DNA from: Tubiluchus corallicola
Lineage: Eukaryota; Animalia; Priapulida
Length of the DNA: 64,000 bases
NCBI GenBank assembly: GCA_030141605.1
Contig: JAQGDQ010002366.1
Coordinates: 8,660-72,659 of the forward strand
Direction: 5' to 3'
This document shows, in pieces, positions 1 through 15,000 of the stretch. Below the pieces are notes generated by a model. The model was given only the letters and a program-made list of their open reading frames with translations, was not told where the DNA came from and ran no database searches. Made by a program: the position numbers and the translations under genes. Positions within the stretch are counted from its first letter, which is position 1; each line of letters opens with the position of its first letter.

Positions 1-3000
1 AGACTTCTACCGTCAATGCTGAGCGTCTTAACAGAGACATACACAGGCACCCTCAATTAGCTCATACCAAGACATGCATAGCCAAACTTGAGCGTTTGGT
101 TCTAAAGCTTGGAAAACGATTTAAAACATCTAGTCAGAACTCATCTAAAGCAATTCCAAACATCTGGACAGAAAACATATACTGCTAATCTCAAATATAT
201 GGCAGAAGACTTCTACAGGCAATGCCAAGCATCTTAACAGAGACACACACACACAGATAGCCGCAATTAGCTTGTCACCAGGCATGCATAGCCAGACTGA
301 AGCGTTTGGTTCTAAGGCTTGGAAAACAAATTAAAACGTATAGTCAGAACTGACTTAAAGCAATGTCAAAAATCTGGATACAAAAAATGTACTACCAGTC
401 TCAAGTATATGGCAAAAGACTTCTACAGGCAATACTAAGCGCCTTAATAGAGACATACACAGACAGCCTCAATCAGCTTCTCAGAGGACATACATGAACA
501 AACGTAAACATCTGGTAATAGCAGTTCTATTCTCACTCTCATGTACCTGATCAGGAGAGATCTGCAGAAATGCACTGCCGATTTCAAGTATCCCGGCAAA
601 AGACTTCTACAAGCAAAGTCAAGCGTCTTAACAGAGACACACACACAGATAGCCTCAATTAGCTTGTCACAAGGCATGCATAGCCAGACTGAAGCGTTTG
701 GTTCTAAGGCTTGGAAAACAAATTAAAACATATAGTCAGAACTGACTTAAAGCAATGTCAAAAATCTGGATACAAAAAATGTACTACCAGTCTCAAGTAT
801 CTGGCAAAAGACTGCTACAGGCAATACTAAGCGTCTTAACAGAGACATACGCAGACAGCCTCAATCAGCTTCTCAAAGGACATATATGACCAAACGTAAG
901 CATCTGGTAATAGCAGCTCTATTCTCACTCTCGTGTACATGATCAGGAGAAATCTGCAGAAATGCACTGCCGATCTCAAGTATCCCGGCAAAAGACTTCT
1001 GCAGGCAAAGTCAAGCATCTTAACAGGGGCACACACACAGAGATAGCCGCAATTAGCTTGTCACAAGACATGCATAGCCAAACTTGAGCGTCTGGTTCTA
1101 AAGCTTGGAAAACGATTTAAAACATCTGGTCAGAACTCATCTAGAGCAGTCCCAATCATCTGAACAGAAGAAATGTACAGCTAATTTCAAGTATATAACA
1201 GAAGACTTCTACAAACAATGCCAAGCATCTTAACAGAGACACACATACACACAGATAGCCTCAACTAGCTTGTAACAAGACATGCATAGCCAGACTGAAG
1301 CTTTTGGTTCTAAAGCTTTGAAAACGATTTAAAACATCTAGTCTGAACTCATCTAGAGCAGTCCCAATCATCTGAACAGAAGAAATGTACTGCTAATTTC
1401 AGGTATATGGCAGAAGACTTCTACAGGCAATGCCAAGCATCTTAACAGAGACACCCACACAGATAGCCTCAATCAGCTTGTAACAAGACATGCATAGCCA
1501 GACTGAAGCGTTTGGTTCTAAAGCTTGGAAAACAAATAAAAACATCTAATCAGAACTCATCTAAGCAATCTCAAACATCTGGACAGAAAACATATTCCGC
1601 TAATTTCAAGTATATGGCAAAACACTTCTACAGGCAATACTAAGCACCTTAACAGAGACATACACAGACAGCCTCAATCAGCTTCTCAGAGGACATATAT
1701 CAACAAACGTAAGCATCTGGTAATAGCAGCTTTATTCTCACTCTCGTGTACCTGATCAGGAGAAATCTGCAGAAATGCACTGCCGATCTCAAGTATCCCG
1801 GCAAAAGACTTCTACAGGCAAAGTCAAGCGTCTTAACAGAGACACACACACAGATAGCCTCAATTAGCTTGTCACAAGACATGCATAGCCAAACTTGAGC
1901 GTCTGGTTCTAAAGCTTGGAAAACGGTTTAAAACATCTAGTCAGAACTCATCTAGAGCAGTCCCAATCATCTGAACAGAAGAAATGTACTGCTAATTTCA
2001 GGTATATGGCAGAAGACTTCTACAGGCAATGCCAAGCATCTTAACAGAGACACCCACACAGATAGCCTCAATCAGCTTGTAACAAGACATGCATAGCCAG
2101 ACTGAAGCGTTTGGTTCTAAAGCTTGGAAAACGATTTAAAACATCTAATCAGAACTCATCTAAGCAATCTCAAACATCTGGACAGAAAACATATTCTGCT
2201 AATTTCAAGTATATGGCAAAAGACTTCTACAGGCAATGCTAAGCACCTTAACAGAGACATACACAGACAGCCTCAATCAGCTTCTCAGAGGACATATATG
2301 AACAAACGTAAGCATCTGGTAATAGCAGCTTTATTCTCACTCTCGTGTACCTGATATGGAGAAATCTGCAGAAATGCACTGCCGATCTCAAGTATCCCGG
2401 CAAAAGACTTCTACAGGCAATACTAAGCGTCTTTACAGAGACATACACACACAGATAGCCTCAATTAGCTTGTCACAAGACATGCATAGCCAAACTTGAG
2501 CGTCTGGTTCTAAAGCTTGGAAAACGATTTAAAACATCTAGTCAGAACTCAACTAAAGCAATTCCAAACATCTGGACAGAAAACATATACTGCTAATCTC
2601 AAATATATGGCAGAAGACTTCTACAGGCAATGCCAAGCATCTTAACAGAGACACACACACAGATAGCCGCAATTAGCTTGTCACCAGGCATGCATAGCCA
2701 GACTGAAGAAGCGTTTGGTTCTAAGGCTTGGAAAACAAATTAAAACATATAGTCAGAACTGACTTAAAGCAATGTCAAAAATCTGGATACAAAAAAGGTA
2801 CTACCAGTCTCAAGTATATGGCAAAAGACTTCTACAGGCAATACTAAGCACCTTAACAGAGACATACACAGACAGCCTCAATCAGCTTCTCAGAGGACAT
2901 ATATGAACAAACGTAAGCATCTGGTAATAGCAGCTTTATTCTCACTCTCGTGTACCTGATCAGGAGAAATCTGCAGAAATGCACTGCCGATCTCAAGTAT

Positions 3001-6000
3001 CCCGGCAAAAGACTTCTACAGGCAAAGTCAAGCGTCTTAACAGAGACACACACACAGATAGCCTCAATTAGCTTGTCACAAGACATGCATAGCCAGACTG
3101 AAGCGTTTGGTTCTAAAGCTTTGAAAACGATTTAAAACATCTAGTCTGAACTCATCTAGAGCAGTCCCAATCATCTGAACAGAAGAAATGTACTGCTAAT
3201 TTCAGGTATATGGCAGAAGACTTCTACAGGCAATGCCAAGCATCTTAACAGAGACACCCACACAGATAGCCTCAATCAGCTTGTAACAAGACATGCATAG
3301 CCAGACTGAAGCGTTTGGTTCTAAGGCTTGGAAAACAAATAAAAACATCTAATCAGAACTCATCTAAGCAATCTCAAACATCTGGACAGAAAACATATTC
3401 CGCTAATTTCAAGTATATGGCAAAACACTTCTACAGGCAATACTAAGCACCTTAACAGAGACATACACAGACAGCCTCAATCAGCTTCTCAGAGGACATA
3501 TATGAACAAACGTAAGCATCTGGTAATAGCAGCTTTATTCTCACTCTCGTGTACCTGATCAGGAGAAATCTGCAGAAATGCACTGCCGATCTCAAGTATC
3601 CCGGCAAAAGACTTCTACAGGCAAAGTCAAGCGTCTTAACAGAGACACACACACAGATAGCCTCAATTAGCTTGTCACAAGACATGCATAGCCAAACTTG
3701 AGCGTCTGGTTCTAAAGCTTGGAAAACGGTTTAAAACATCTAGTCAGAACTCATCTAGAGCAGTCCCAATCATCTGAACAGAAGAAATGTACTGCTAATT
3801 TCAGGTATATGGCAGAAGACTTCTACAGGCAATGCCAAGCATCTTAACAGAGACACCCACACAGATAGCCTCAATCAGCTTGTAACAAGACATGCATAGC
3901 CAGACTGAAGCGTTTGGTTCTAAGGCTTGGAAAACAAATAAAAACATCTAATCAGAACTCATCTAAGCAATCTCAAACATCTGGACAGAAAACATATTCT
4001 GCTAATTTCAAGTATATGGCAAAAGACTTCTACAGGCAATACTAAGCACCTTAACAGAGACATACACAGACAGCCTCAATCAGCTTCTCAGAGAACATAT
4101 ATGAACAAACGTAAGCATCTGGTAATAGCAGCTTTATTCTCACTCTCGTGTACCTGATATGGAGAAATCTGCAGAAATGCACTGCCGATCTCAAGTATCC
4201 CGGCAAAAGACTTCTACAGGCAATACTAAGCGTCTTTACAGAGACATACACACACAGATAGCCTCAATTAGCTTGTCACAAGACATGCATAGCCAAACTT
4301 GAGCGTCTGGTTCTAAAGCTTGGAAAACGATTTAAAACATCTAGTCAGAACTCATCTAGAGCAGTCCCAATCATCTGAACAGAAGAAATGTACTGCTAAT
4401 TTCAGGTATATGGCAGAAGACTTCTACAGGCAATGCCAAGCATCTTAACAGAGACACCCACACAGATAGCCTCAATCAGCTTGTAACAAGACATGCATAG
4501 CCAGACTGAAGCGTCTGGTTCTAAAGCTTGGAAAACGATTTAAAACATCTAATCAGAACTCATCTAAGCAATCTCAAACATCTGGACAGAAAACATATTC
4601 TGCTAATTTCAAGTATATGGCAAAAGACTTCTACAGGCAATACTAAGCACCTTAACAGAGACATACACAGACAGCCTCAATCAGCTTCTCAGAGAACATA
4701 TATGAACAAACGTAAGCATCTGGTAATAGCAGCTTTATTCTCACTCTCGTGTACCTGATATGGAGAAATCTGCAGAAATGCACTGCCGATCTCAAGTATC
4801 CCGGCAAAAGACTTCTACAGGCAATACTAAGCGTCTTTACAGAGACATACACACACAGATAGCCTCAATTAGCTTGTCACAAGACATGCATAGCCAAACT
4901 TGAGCGTCTGGTTCTAAAGCTTGGAAAACGATTTAAAACATCTAGTCAGAACTCAACTAAAGCAATTCCAAACATCTGGACAGAAAACATATACTGCTAA
5001 TCTCAAATATATGGCAGAAGACTTCTACAGGCAATGCCAAGCATCTTAACAGAGACACACACACAGATAGCCGCAATTAGCTTGTCACCAGGCATGCATA
5101 GCCAGACTGAAGAAGCGTTTGGTTCTAAGGCTTGGAAAACAAATTAAAACATATAGTCAGAACTGACTTAAAGCAATGTCAAAAATCTGGATACAAAAAA
5201 GGTACTACCAGTCTCAAGTATATGGCAAAAGACTTCTACAGGCAATACTAAGCGCCTTAATAGAGACATACACAGACAGCCTCAATCAGCTTGTCACAAG
5301 ACATGCATAGCCAGACTGAAGAAGCGTTTGGTTCTAAAGCTTGGAAAACGGTTTAAAACATCTAGTCAGAACTCATCTAGAGCAGTCCCAATCATCTGAA
5401 CAGAAGAAATGTACTGCTAATTTCAGGTATCTGGCAAAAGACTGCTACAGGCAATGCTAAGCGTCTTAACAGAGACACACACACAGATAGCCTCAATTAG
5501 CTTGTCACAAGACATGCATAGCCAGACTGAAGCGTTTGGATCTAATGCTTGGAAAACAAATAAAAACATCTAATCAGAACTCATCTAAGCAATCTCAAAA
5601 ATCTGGACAGAAAACATATTCCGCTAATCTCAAGTATATGGCAAAAGACTTCTACAGGCAAAGTCAAGCGTCTTAACAGAGACATACACAGATAGCCTCA
5701 ATTAGCTTGTCACAAGACATGCATAGCCAAACTTGAGCGTCTGGTTCTAAAGCTTGGATAACGATTTAAAACATCTAGTCAGAACTCATCTAGAGCAGTC
5801 CCTGTCATCTGAACAGAAGAAATGTACTGTTAATTTCAAGTATATGGCAGGAGACTTCTACCGTCAATGCTAAGCGTCTTAACAGAGACATACACAGGCA
5901 CCCTCAATTAGCTCATACCAAGACATGCATAGCCAAACTTGAGCGTTTGGTTCTAAAGCTTGGAAAACGATTTAAAACATCTAGTCAGAACTCATCTAAA

Positions 6001-9000
6001 GCAATTCCAAACATCTGGACAGAAAACATATACTGCTAATCTCAAATATATGGCAGAAGACTTCTACAGGCAATGCCAAGCATCTTAACAGAGACACACA
6101 CACACAGATAGCCGCAATTAGCTTGTCACCAGGCATGCATAGCCAGACTGAAGCGTTTGGTTCTAAGGCTTGGAAAACAAATTAAAACGTATAGTCAGAA
6201 CTGACTTAAAGCAATGTCAAAAATCTGGATACAAAAAATGTACTACCAGTCTCAAGTATATGGCAAAAGACTTCTACAGGCAATACTAAGCGCCTTAATA
6301 GAGACATACACAGACAGCCTCAATCAGCTTCTCAGAGGACATACATGAACAAATGTACGCATCTGGTAATAGCAGCTCTATTCTCACTCTCATGTACGTA
6401 CATGATCTGATCAGGAGAAATCTGCAGAAATGCACTGCCTGTCTCAAGTATCCCGGCAAAAGACTTCTACAGGCAAAGTCAAGCGTCTTAACAGACACAC
6501 ACACACAGATAGCCTCAATTAGCTTGTCACAAGACATGCATAGCCAAACTTGAGCGTCTGGTTCTAAAGCTTGGAAAACGATTTAAAACATCTAGTCAGA
6601 ACTCAACTAAAGCAATTCCAAACATCTGGACAGAAAACATATACTGCTAATTTCAAGTACATGGCAGAAGACTTCTACAGGCAATGCCAAGCATCTTAAC
6701 AGAGACACACACACAGATAGCCTCAATTAGCTTGATCCAAGACATGCATAGCCAAACTTAAGCGTCTGGTTCTAAGAGTTGCAAAACGAATTAAAGCATC
6801 TATCACAACTTATCTAAAGCAGTCTAAAACATCTAGACAGAAAAAATGTACTGCTAATCCCAATTATATGGCAGAAGATTTCTAAAGGCAATTCGGCAGA
6901 GACATACACAGATATCCTCAATCAGCTTCTCACAGGACATATCTGGACAGAAAACATATCCTGCTAATCTCAAGTATATGACAAAATACTTCTACAGGCA
7001 ATACTAAGCACCTTAACAGAGACATACACAGACAGCCTCAATCAGCTTCTCAGAGGACATATATGAACAAACGTAAACATCTGGTAATAGCAGTTCTATT
7101 CTCACTCTCATGTACCTGATCAGGAGAGATCTGCAGAAATGCACTGCCGATTTCAAGTATCCCGGCAAAAGACTTCTACAAGCAAAGTCAAGCGTCTTAA
7201 CAGAGACACACACACAGATAGCCTCAATTAGCTTGTCACAAGGCATGCATAGCCAGACTGAAGCGTTTGGTTCTAAGGCTTGGAAAACAAATTAAAACAT
7301 ATAGTCAGAACTGACTTAAAGCAATGTCAAAAATCTGGATACAAAAAATGTACTACCAGTCTCAAGTATCTGGCAAAAGACTGCTACAGGCAATACTAAG
7401 CGTCTTAACAGAGACATACGCAGACAGCCTCAATCAGCTTCTCAAAGGACATATATGACCAAACGTAAGCATCTGGTAATAGCAGCTCTATTCTCACTCT
7501 CGTGTACATGATCAGGAGAAATCTGCAGAAATGCACTGCCGATCTCAAGTATCCCGGCAAAAGACTTCTGCAGGCAAAGTCAAGCATCTTAACAGGGGCA
7601 CACACACAGAGATAGCCGCAATTAGCTTGTCACAAGACATGCATAGCCAAACTTGAGCGTCTGGTTCTAAAGCTTGGAAAACGATTTAAAACATCTAGTC
7701 TGAACTCATCTAGAGCAGTCCCAATCATCTGAACAGAAGAAATGTACTGCTAATTTCAGGTATATGGCAGAAGACTTCTACAGGCAATGCCAAGCATCTT
7801 AACAGAGACACCCACACAGATAGCCTCAATCAGCTTGTAACAAGACATGCATAGCCAGACTGAAGCGTTTGGTTCTAAAGCTTGGAAAACGATTTAAAAC
7901 ATCTAATCAGAACTCATCTAAGCAATCTCAAACATCTGGACAGAAAACATATTCTGCTAATTTCAAGTATATGGCAAAAGACTTCTACAGGCAATACTAA
8001 GCACCTTAACAGAGACATACACAGACAGCCTCAATCAGCTTCTCAGAGAACATATATGAACAAACGTAAGCATCTGGTAATAGCAGCTTTATTCTCACTC
8101 TCGTGTACCTGATCAGGAGAAATCTGCAGAAATGCACTGCCGATCTCAAGTATCCCGGCAAAAGACTTCTACAGGCAATACTAAGCGTCTTTACAGAGAC
8201 ATACACACACAGATAGCCTCAATTAGCTTGTCACAAGACATGCATAGCCAAACTTGAGCGTCTGGTTCTAAAGCTTGGAAAACGATTTAAAACATCTAAT
8301 CAGAACTCATCTAAGCAATCTCAAACATCTGGACAGAAAACATATTCTGCTAATCTCAAGTATATGGCAAAAGACTTCTACAGGCAATACTAAGCACCTT
8401 AACAGAGACATACACAGACAGCCTCAATCAGCTTCTCAGAGGACATATATGAACAAACGTAAACATCTGGTAATAGCAGTTCTATTCTCACTCTCATGTA
8501 CCTGATCAGGAGAGATCTGCAGAAATGCACTGCCGATTTCAAGTATCCCGGCAAAAGACTTCTACAAGCAAAGTCAAGCGTCTTAACAGAGACACACACA
8601 CAGATAGCCTCAATTAGCTTGTCACAAGACATGCATAGCCAGACTGAAGCGTTTGGTTCTAAGGCTTGGAAAACAAATTAAAACATATAGTCAGAACTGA
8701 CTTAAAGCAATGTCAAAAATCTGGATACAAAAAATGTATTACCAGTCTCAAGTATCTGGCAAAAGACTGCTACAGGCAATACTAAGCGTCTTAACAGAGA
8801 CATACGCAGACAGCCTCAATCAGCTTCTCAAAGGACATATATGACCAAACGTAAGCATCTGGTAATAGCAGCTCTATTCTCACTCTCGTGTACATGATCA
8901 GGAGAAATCTGCAGAAATGCACTGCCGATCTCAAGTATCCCGGCAAAAGACTTCTGCAGGCAAAGTCAAGCATCTTAACAGGGGCACACACACAGAGATA

Positions 9001-12000
9001 GCCGCAATTAGCTTGTCACAAGACATGCATAGCCAAACTTGAGCGTCTGGTTCTAAAGCTTGGAAAACGATTTAAAACATCTGGTCAGAACTCATCTAGA
9101 GCAGTCCCAATCATCTGAACAGAAGAAATGTACAGCTAATTTCAAGTATATAACAGAAGACTTCTACAAACAATGCCAAGCATCTTAACAGAGACACACA
9201 TACACACAGATAGCCTCAACTAGCTTGTAACAAGACATGCATAGCCAGACTGAAGCTTTTGGTTCTAAAGCTTTGAAAACGATTTAAAACATCTAGTCTG
9301 AACTCATCTAGAGCAGTCCCAATCATCTGAACAGAAGAAATGTACTGCTAATTTCAGGTATATGGCAGAAGACTTCTACAGGCAATGCCAAGCATCTTAA
9401 CAGAGACACCCACACAGATAGCCTCAATCAGCTTGTAACAAGACATGCATAGCCAGACTGAAGCGTTTGGTTCTAAGGCTTGGAAAACAAATAAAAACAT
9501 CTAATCAGAACTCATCTAAGCAATCTCAAACATCTGGACAGAAAACATATTCCGCTAATTTCAAGTATATGGCAAAACACTTCTACAGGCAATACTAAGC
9601 ACCTTAACAGAGACATACACAGACAGCCTCAATCAGCTTCTCAGAGGACATATATGAACAAACGTAAGCATCTGGTAATAGCAGCTTTATTCTCACTCTC
9701 GTGTACCTGATATGGAGAAATCTGCAGAAATGCACTGCCGATCTCAAGTATCCCGGCAAAAGACTTCTACAGGCAATACTAAGCGTCTTTACAGAGACAT
9801 ACACAGACAATCAGCTTCTCAGAGGACATATATGACCAAACGTAAGCATCTGGTTCTAAAGCTTGGAAAACGATTTAAAACATCTAGTCAGAACTCATCT
9901 AGAGCAGTCCCAATCATCTGAACAAAAGAAATGTACTGCTAATTTCAGGTATGTGGCAAAAGACTTCTACAGGCAATACTGAGCGTCTTAACAGAGACAC
10001 ACACATACAGATAACCTCAACTAGCTTGTCACAAGACATGCATAGCCAGACTGAAACGTTTGGTTCTAAAGCTTGGAAAACAAATAAAAACATCTAATCA
10101 GAACTCATCTAAAGCAATCTCAAACATCTGGACAGAAAACATATCCTGCTAATCTCAAGTATGTGGCAAAAGACTTCTACAGGCAATACTGAGCGTCTTA
10201 ACAGAGACATACACAGATATCCTCAATCAGCTTCTCAGAGGACATATCTGGACAGAAAACATATCCTGCTAATCTCAAGTATATGACAAAAGACTTCTAC
10301 AGGCAATACTAAGCACCTTAACAGAGACATACACAGACAGCCTCAATCAGCTTCTCAAAGGACATATATGAACAAACGTAAGCATCTGGTAATAGCAGCT
10401 CTATTCTCACTCTCGTGTACCTGATCAGGAGAAATCTGCAGAAATGCACTGCCGATCTCAAGTATCCCGGCAAAAGACTTCTACAGGCAAAGTCAAGCGT
10501 CTTAACAGAGACACACACACAGATAGCCTCAATTAGCTTGTCACAAGGCATGCATAGCCAGACTGAAGCGTTTGGTTCTAAGGCTTGGAAAACAAATTAA
10601 AACATATAGTCAGAACTGACTTAAAGCAATGTCAAAAATCTGGATACAAAAAATGTACTACCAGTCTCAAGTATCTGGCAAAAGACTGCTACAGGCAATA
10701 CTAAGCGTCTTAACAGAGACATACGCAGACAGCCTCAATCAGCTTCTCAAAGGACATATATGACCAAACGTAAGCATCTGGTAATAGCAGCTCTATTCTC
10801 ACTCTCGTGTACATGATCAGGAGAAATCTGCAGAAATGCACTGCCGATCTCAAGTATCCCGGCAAAAGACTTCTGCAGGCAAAGTCAAGCATCTTAACAG
10901 GGGCACACACACAGAGATAGCCGCAATTAGCTTGTCACAAGACATGCATAGCCAAACTTGAGCGTCTGGTTCTAAAGCTTGGAAAACGATTTAAAACATC
11001 TAGTCAGAACTCATCTAGAGCAGTCCCAATCATCTGAACAGAAGAAATGTACAGCTAATTTCAAGTATATAACAGAAGACTTCTACAAACAATGCCAAGC
11101 ATCTTAACAGAGACACACATACACACAGATAGCCTCAACTAGCTTGTAACAAGACATGCATAGCCAGACTGAAGCGTTTGGTTCTAAAGCTTTGAAAACG
11201 ATTTAAAACATCTAGTCTGAACTCATCTAGAGCAGTCCCAATCATCTGAACAGAAGAAATGTACTGCTAATTTCAGGTATATGGCAGAAGACTTCTACAG
11301 GCAATGCCAAGCATCTTAACAGAGACACCCACACAGATAGCCTCAATCAGCTTGTAACAAGACATGCATAGCCAGACTGAAGCGTTTGGTTCTAAGGCTT
11401 GGAAAACAAATAAAAACATCTAATCAGAACTCATCTAAGCAATCTCAAACATCTGGACAGAAAACATATTCCGCTAATTTCAAGTATATGGCAAAACACT
11501 TCTACAGGCAATACTAAGCACCTTAACAGAGACATACACAGACAGCCTCAATCAGCTTCTCAGAGGACATATATGAACAAACGTAAGCATCTGGTAATAG
11601 CAGCTCTATTCTCACTCTAGTGTACATGATCAGGAGAAATCTGCAGAAATGCACTGCCGATCTCAAGTATCCCGGCAAAAGACTTCTACAGGCAAAGTCA
11701 AGCGTCTTAACAGAGACACACACACAGATAGCCTCAATTAGCTTGTCACAAGACATGCATAGCCAAACTTGAGCGTCTGGTTCTAAAGCTTGGAAAACGG
11801 TTTAAAACATCTAGTCAGAACTCATCTAGAGCAGTCCCAATCATCTGAACAGAAGAAATGTACTGCTAATTTCAGGTATATGGCAGAAGACTTCTACAGG
11901 CAATGCCAAGCATCTTAACAGAGACACCCACACAGATAGCCGCAATTAGCTTGTCACAAGACATGCATAGCCAAACTTGAGCGTCTGGTTCTAAAGCTTG

Positions 12001-15000
12001 GAAAACGATTTAAAACATCTAATCAGAACTCATCTAAGCAATCTCAAACATCTGGACAGAAAACATATTCTGCTAATCTCAAGTATATGGCAAAAGACTT
12101 CTACAGGCAATACTAAGCACCTTAACAGAGACATACACAGACAGCCTCAATCAGCTTCTCAGAGGACATATATGAACAAACGTAAGCATCTGGTAATAGC
12201 AGCTCTATTCTCACTCTCGTGTACATGATCAGGAGAAATCTGCAGAAATGCACTGCCGATCTCAAGTATCCCGGCAAAAGACTTCTGCAGGCAAAGTCAA
12301 GCATCTTAACAGGGGCACACACACAGAGATAGCCGCAATTAGCTTGTCACAAGACATGCATAGCCAAACTTGAGCGTCTGGTTCTAAAGCTTGGAAAACG
12401 ATTTAAAACATCTGGTCAGAACTCATCTAGAGCAGTCCCAATCATCTGAACAGAAGAAATGTACAGCTAATTTCAAGTATATAACAGAAGACTTCTACAA
12501 ACAATGCCAAGCATCTTAACAGAGACACACATACACACAGATAGCCTCAACTAGCTTGTAACAAGACATGCATAGCCAGACTGAAGCGTTTGGTTCTAAA
12601 GCTTTGAAAACGATTTAAAACATCTAGTCTGAACTCATCTAGAGCAGTCCCAATCATCTGAACAGAAGAAATGTACTGCTAATTTCAGGTATATGGCAGA
12701 AGACTTCTACAGGCAATGCCAAGCATCTTAACAGAGACACCCACACAGATAGCCTCAATCAGCTTGTAACAAGACATGCATAGCCAGACTGAAGCGTTTG
12801 GTTCTAAGGCTTGGAAAACAAATAAAAACATCTAATCAGAACTCATCTAAGCAATCTCAAACATCTGGACAGAAAACATATTCCGCTAATTTCAAGTATA
12901 TGGCAAAACACTTCTACAGGCAATACTAAGCACCTTAACAGAGACATACACAGACAGCCTCAATCAGCTTCTCAGAGGACATATATGAACAAACGTAAGC
13001 ATCTGGTAATAGCAGCTTTATTCTCACTCTCGTGTACCTGATCAGGAGAAATCTGCAGAAATGCACTGCCGATCTCAAGTATCCCGGCAAAAGACTTCTA
13101 CAGGCAAAGTCAAGCGTCTTAACAGAGACACACACACAGATAGCCTCAATTAGCTTGTCACAAGACATGCATAGCCAAACTTGAGCGTCTGGTTCTAAAG
13201 CTTGGAAAACGGTTTAAAACATCTAGTCAGAACTCATCTAGAGCAGTCCCAATCATCTGAACAGAAGAAATGTACTGCTAATTTCAGGTATATGGCAGAA
13301 GACTTCTACAGGCAATGCCAAGCATCTTAACAGAGACACCCACACAGATAGCCGCAATTAGCTTGTCACAAGACATGCATAGCCAAACTTGAGCGTCTGG
13401 TTCTAAAGCTTGGAAAACGATTTAAAACATATAATCAGAACTCATCTAAGCAATCTCAAACATCTGGACAGAAAACATATTCTGCTAATTTCAGGTATAT
13501 GGCAGAAGACTTCTACAGGCAATACTAAGCACCTTAACAGAGACATACACAGACAGCCTCAATCAGCTTCTCAGAGAACATATATGAACAAACGTAAGCA
13601 TCTGGTAATAGCAGCTTTATTCTCACTCTCGTGTACCTGATATGGAGAAATCTGCAGAAATGCACTGCCGATCTCAAGTATCCCGGCAAAAGACTTCTAC
13701 AGGCAATACTAAGCGTCTTAACAGAGACACACACAGACAATCAGCTTCTCAGAGGACATATATGACCAAACGTAAGCATCTGGTTCTAAAGCTTGGAAAA
13801 CGATTTAAAACATCTAGTCAGAACTCATCTAGAGCAGTCCCAATCATCTGAACAGAAGAAATGTACTGCTAATTTCAGGTATATGGCAGAAGACTTCTAC
13901 AGGCAATACCAAGCATCTTAACAGAGACACATACACAGACAGCCTCAATCAGCTTCTCAGAGCACATATATGAACAAACGTACGCATCTGGTAATAGCAG
14001 CTCTATTCTCACTCTCATGTAGGTACATGATCTGATCAGGAGAAATCTGCAGAAATGCACTGCCTGTCTCAAGTATCCCGGCAAAAGACTTCTACAGGCA
14101 ATGCCAAGCATCTTAACAGAGACACACACACAGATAGCCTCAATCAGCTTGTCACAAGACATGCATAGCCAAACTTGAGCGTCTGGTTCTAAAGCTTGGA
14201 AAACGATTTAAAACATCTAGTCAGAACTCAACTAAAGCAATTCCAAACATCTGGACAGAAAACATATACTGCTAATTTCAAGTACATGGCAGAAGACTTC
14301 TACAGGCAATGCCAAGCATCTTAACAGAGACACACACACAGACAGCCTCAATCAGCTTGCAACAAGACATGCATAGCCAAACTTAAGCGTCTGGTTCTAA
14401 GAGTTGCAAAACGAATTAAAGCATCTATCACAACTTATCTAAAGCAGTCTAAAACATCTAGACAGAAAAAATGTACTGCTAATCCCAAGTATATGGCAGA
14501 AGATTTCTAAAGGCAATTCGGCAGAGACATACACAGATATCCTCAATCAGCTTCTCAGAGGACATATCTGGACAGAAAACATATCCTGCTAATCTCAAGT
14601 ATATGACAAAATACTTCTACAGGCAATACTAAGCACCTTAACAGAGACATACACAGACAGCCTCAATCAGCTTCTCAGAGGACATATATGAACAAACGTA
14701 AACATCTGGTAATAGCAGTTCTATTCTCACTCTCATGTACCTGATCAGGAGAGATCTGCAGAAATGCACTGCCGATTTCAAGTATCCCGGCAAAAGACTT
14801 CTACAAGCAAAGTCAAGCGTCTTAACAGAGACACACACACAGATAGCCTCAATTAGCTTGTCACAAGGCATGCATAGCCAGACTGAAGCGTTTGGTTCTA
14901 AGGCTTGGAAAACAAATTAAAACATATAGTCAGAACTGACTTAAAGCAATGTCAAAAATCTGGATACAAAAAATGTACTACCAGTCTCAAGTATCTGGCA

